A stretch of DNA of 64,000 nucleotides from the human T2T-CHM13v2.0 reference genome, Homo sapiens, in NCBI RefSeq assembly GCF_009914755.1, contig NC_060930.1; one strand, 5' to 3'. This document shows positions 60,648 to 64,000 of this stretch, piece by piece; within the stretch, counting starts at the first letter, position 1, and each line of letters opens with the position of its first letter. The notes under the pieces are model-generated. The model saw only the letters and a list, made by a program, of their open reading frames with translations, made no database searches and was not told the DNA's origin. The position numbers and the translations under genes are program-made.

Positions 60648-63401
60648 TTTCTTTTTCTTTCTTTTTTTTAAATTTTATTATTATTATCCTTTAAGTTTTA
60701 GGGTACATGTGCACAACATGCAGGTTTGTTACATATGTATACATGTGCCATGTTGGTGTGCTGCACCCATTAACTGGACATTCAGCATTAGGTATATCTC
60801 CTAATGCTATCCCTCCCCCTTCCCCCCACCCCACAACAGTCCCCAGTGTGTGATGTTCCCCTTCCTGTGTCCATGTGTTCTCATTGTTCAATTCCCACCT
60901 ATGAGTGAGAACATGTGGTGTTTGGCTTTTTGCCCTTGCCATAGTTTGCTGAGAATGTTGGTTTCCAGCTTCATCCATGTCCCTACAAAGGACATGAACT
61001 CATCGTTTTTTATGGCTGCATAGTATTCCATGGTGTATATGTGCCACATTTTCTTAATCCATTCTATCACTGTTGGACATTTGGGTTGGTTCCAAGTCTT
61101 TGCTATTGTGAATAGTGCCACAATAAACATATGTGTGCATGTGTCTTTATAGCAGCATGATTTATAATCCTTTGGGTATATACCCAGTAATGGGATGGCT
61201 GGGTCAAATGGTATTTCTAGTTCTAGATCCCTGAGGAATCGCCACACTGACTTCCACAATGGTTGAACTAGTTTACAGTCCCACTAACAGTGTAAAAGTG
61301 TTCCTATTTCTCCACATCCTCTCCAGCACCTGCTGTTTCCTGACTTTTTAATGATCGCCATTCTAACTGGTGTGAGATGGTATCTCATTGTGGTTTTGAT
61401 TTGCATTTCTCTGATGGCCAGTGATCATGAACATTTTTTTCATGTGCTTTTTGGCTACATAAATGTCTTCTTTTGAGAAGTGTCTGTTCATGTCCTTCGC
61501 CCACTTTTTGATGGGGTTGTTTGTTTTTTTCTTATAAATTTGTTTGAGTTCATTGTAGATTCTGGATATTAGCCTTTTGTCCAATGAGTAGGTTGCAAAA
61601 ATTTTCTCCCATTCTGTAGGTTGCCTGTTCACTCTGATGGTAGTTTCTTTCGCTGTGCAGAAGCTCTTTAGTTTAATCAGATCCCATTTGTCAATTTTGG
61701 CTTTTGTTGCCATGGCTTTTGGTGTTTTAGACATGAAATCCTTGCCCATGCTTATGTCCTGAATGGTATTGCCTAGATTTTCTTCTAGGGTTTTTATGGT
61801 TTTAGGTCTAACATGTAAGTCTTTAATCCATCTTGAATTAATTTTTGTATAACGTGTAAGGAAGGGATCCAGTTTCAGCTTTCTACATATGGCTAGCCAG
61901 TTTTCCCAGCACCATTTATTAAATAGGGAATCCTTTCCCCATTGCTTGTTTTTGTCAGGTTTGTCAAATATCAGATAGTTGAAGATATGCGGCATTATTT
62001 CTGAGGGCTCTGTTCTGTTCCATTGGTTTATATCTCTGTTTTGGTGCCAGTACCATGCTGTTTTGGTTACTGTAGACTTGTAGTATAGTTTGAAGTCAGG
62101 TAGTGTGATGCCCCCAGCTTTGTTCTTTTGGCTTAGGATTGACTTCGCAATGCAGGCCCTTTTTTGGTTCCATATGAACTTTAAAGCAGTTTTTTCCAAT
62201 TCTGTGAGGAAAGTCATTGGTAGCTTGAAGGGGATGGCATTGAATCTATAAATTACCTTGGGCAGTATGGTCATTTTCATGATATTGATTCTTCCTACCC
62301 ATGAACATGGAATGTTCTCCCATTTCTTTGTGTCCTCTTTTATTTCATTGAGCAGTGGTTTGTAGTTCTCCTTGAAGAGGTCCTTCACATCCCTTTTAAG
62401 TTGGATTTCTACATATTTTATTCTCTTTGAAGCAATTGTGAATCGGAGTCCACTCATGATTTGGCTCTGTGTTTGTCTGTTATTGGTGTATAAGAATGCT
62501 TGTGATTTTTGCACATTGATTTTGTATCCTGAGACTTTGCTGAAGTTGCCTATCAGCTTAAGGAGATTTTGGGCTGAGACGATGGGTTTTTCTAGATATA
62601 TAATCATATCACCTGCAAACAGGGACAATTTGACTTCCTCTTTTCCTAATTGAATGCCCTTTATTTCCTTCTCCTGCCTAATTTCCCTGGCCAGAACTTC
62701 CAACACTATGTTGAATAGGAGTGGTGAGAGAGGGCATCCCTGTCTTGTGCCAGTTTTCAAAGGGAATGCTTCCAGGTTTTGTCCATTCAGCATGATATTG
62801 GCTGTGGGTTTGTTATAGATAGCTCTTATTATTTTGAGATATGTCCCATCAACACTTAATTTATTGAGAGTTTTTAGCATGAAGGGTCGTTGAATTTTGT
62901 CAAAGGCCTCTTCTGCATCTATTGAGATAATCATGTGGTTTTTGTCTTTGGTTCTGTTTATATGCTGGATTACATTTATTGATTTTTGTATGTTGAACCA
63001 GCCTTGCATCCCAGGGATGAAGCCCCCTTGATCATGGTGGATAAGCTTTTTGATGTGTTGCTGGATTCGATTTGACAGTATTTTATTGAGGATTTTCGCA
63101 TCAATGTTCATCAAGGATACTGGTCTAAAATACTCTTTTTTTATTGTGTCTCTGCCAGGCTTTAGTATCAGGATGATGCTGGCCTCATAAAATGAGTCAG
63201 GGAGGATTCCCCCTTTTTCTATTGATTGGAATATTTTCAGAAGGAATGGTACCAGCTCCTCTTTGTACCTTTCGTAGAACTCGGCTGTGAATTCATCTGG
63301 TCCTGGACTTTTTTTGGTTGGTAGGCTGTTAATTATTGTCTCAATTTCAGAGCCTGTTATTGGTCTATTCAGGGATTCAATGTCTTCCTGGTTTAGTCTT
63401 G
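60648..63401 (-). mobile_element. 5'-truncated L1PA4-like, about 2.75 kb
   Basis: Tail and 3' UTR at about 60650-60890; ORF2 from RLNQE through the RT domain (ORF 61363..63537); catalytic motif changed to LFAGD. Confidence 0.95.
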
Positions 63402-64000
63402 AAAATGGCATGACATTAAATAGGTCATCTATTTCAGGTAAAAATAAAATGACTAGCTCCTCCTTCTGGCTCCCAAAGTGACAGGGCCTAACAGGCCCCA
63501 TGAAACATGAGTTATGATAGTAAGTTTCATTATTCATGCAGTATTGAGAAATCCATTACATTAGAGGGGTCCCACGTCTAAAGCCTTCACTTCAAGTCTA
63601 CCCTGTAAAAGTGAACTGAAGGGCACAAGGAGAGAATGGAGGACACAGGCCCAGGAAGGTCCTTTCGAAGGGTGTGAGGAGAGCTTTGAGGGACTCTCTT
63701 GCCTCTCGTCCTCTGTTTCCAGTTCTGCCAGCTGCCTTCTAAGGATATTGACTTTTGCTTGTAATTCCTGATTATATTCAATGATGTTAACCATTTCTTC
63801 ATATGCTTCATCCAAATACTTAGAGGATCTATTCCAATGTAGGAAAATACCTTCCCACAGTGGAAGACTGTGGAGCAACTGAAGGCCAGATGACCAGGTT
63901 GTTGGCTTCAAAGAAGGGATTGGTGAATTTACTCAGCTCACTGGGCTGATTGACCCAGGACCACAAAGACATCATCTTCTGCTGTAGCTTTAACTTACAT
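63402..64000 (-). pseudogene. MTMR9: MTMR9 processed pseudogene, C-terminal CDS plus start of 3' UTR; continues beyond the window
   Basis: Minus strand reads CKLKLQQKMMSLWSWVNQPSELSKFTNPFFEANNLVIWPSVAPQ / LPLWEGIFLHWNRSSKYLDEAYEEMVNIIEYNQELQAKVNILRRQLAELETEDERQESP, which I recognise as the myotubularin-related protein 9 C-terminus. There is a frameshift near 63868, the expected stop at 63687-63689 reads TCA, and there is no intron. Confidence 0.9.

Noticed and set aside
63401-63408. gaaaatgg at the L1/MTMR9 junction resembles the TSD of the L1 at 44217
   Set aside because: Only 8 bp in AT-rich DNA, and it appears to belong to the MTMR9-derived segment; treated as coincidence.
63402-64000. 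Functional MTMR9 exon(s)
   Set aside because: Frameshift near 63868, lost stop codon, no intron and several substitutions indicate a retrocopy.

Overview
Primate (most likely human/great-ape) AT-rich, gene-poor DNA made mostly of interspersed repeats: L1s of several ages, MaLR/ERVL LTR elements, Alus, MIR/L2, hAT MITEs and microsatellites. I find no intact host protein-coding gene, RNA gene or CRISPR array. The only gene-derived sequence is the 3' end of an MTMR9 processed pseudogene at the right edge (minus strand). Main points of interest: (1) an old near-full-length L1 carrying a ~1.1 kb 3' transduction, inserted into an MLT2 LTR; (2) the MTMR9 retrocopy fused directly to a 5'-truncated L1PA, a possible template-switch chimera, which creates a 724-codon fusion ORF; (3) two inverted L1PA4-like copies ~11 kb apart that share several non-consensus substitutions; (4) about ten locally templated insertions, fold-backs and micro-inversions that look like polymerase-theta/MMBIR repair scars; (5) a double heat-shock-element motif in unique DNA. 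Repeat subfamily calls come from my recollection of consensus sequences and need RepeatMasker/Dfam confirmation. I see no evidence of a new protein-based system; the novelty here is in genome-evolution mechanisms.
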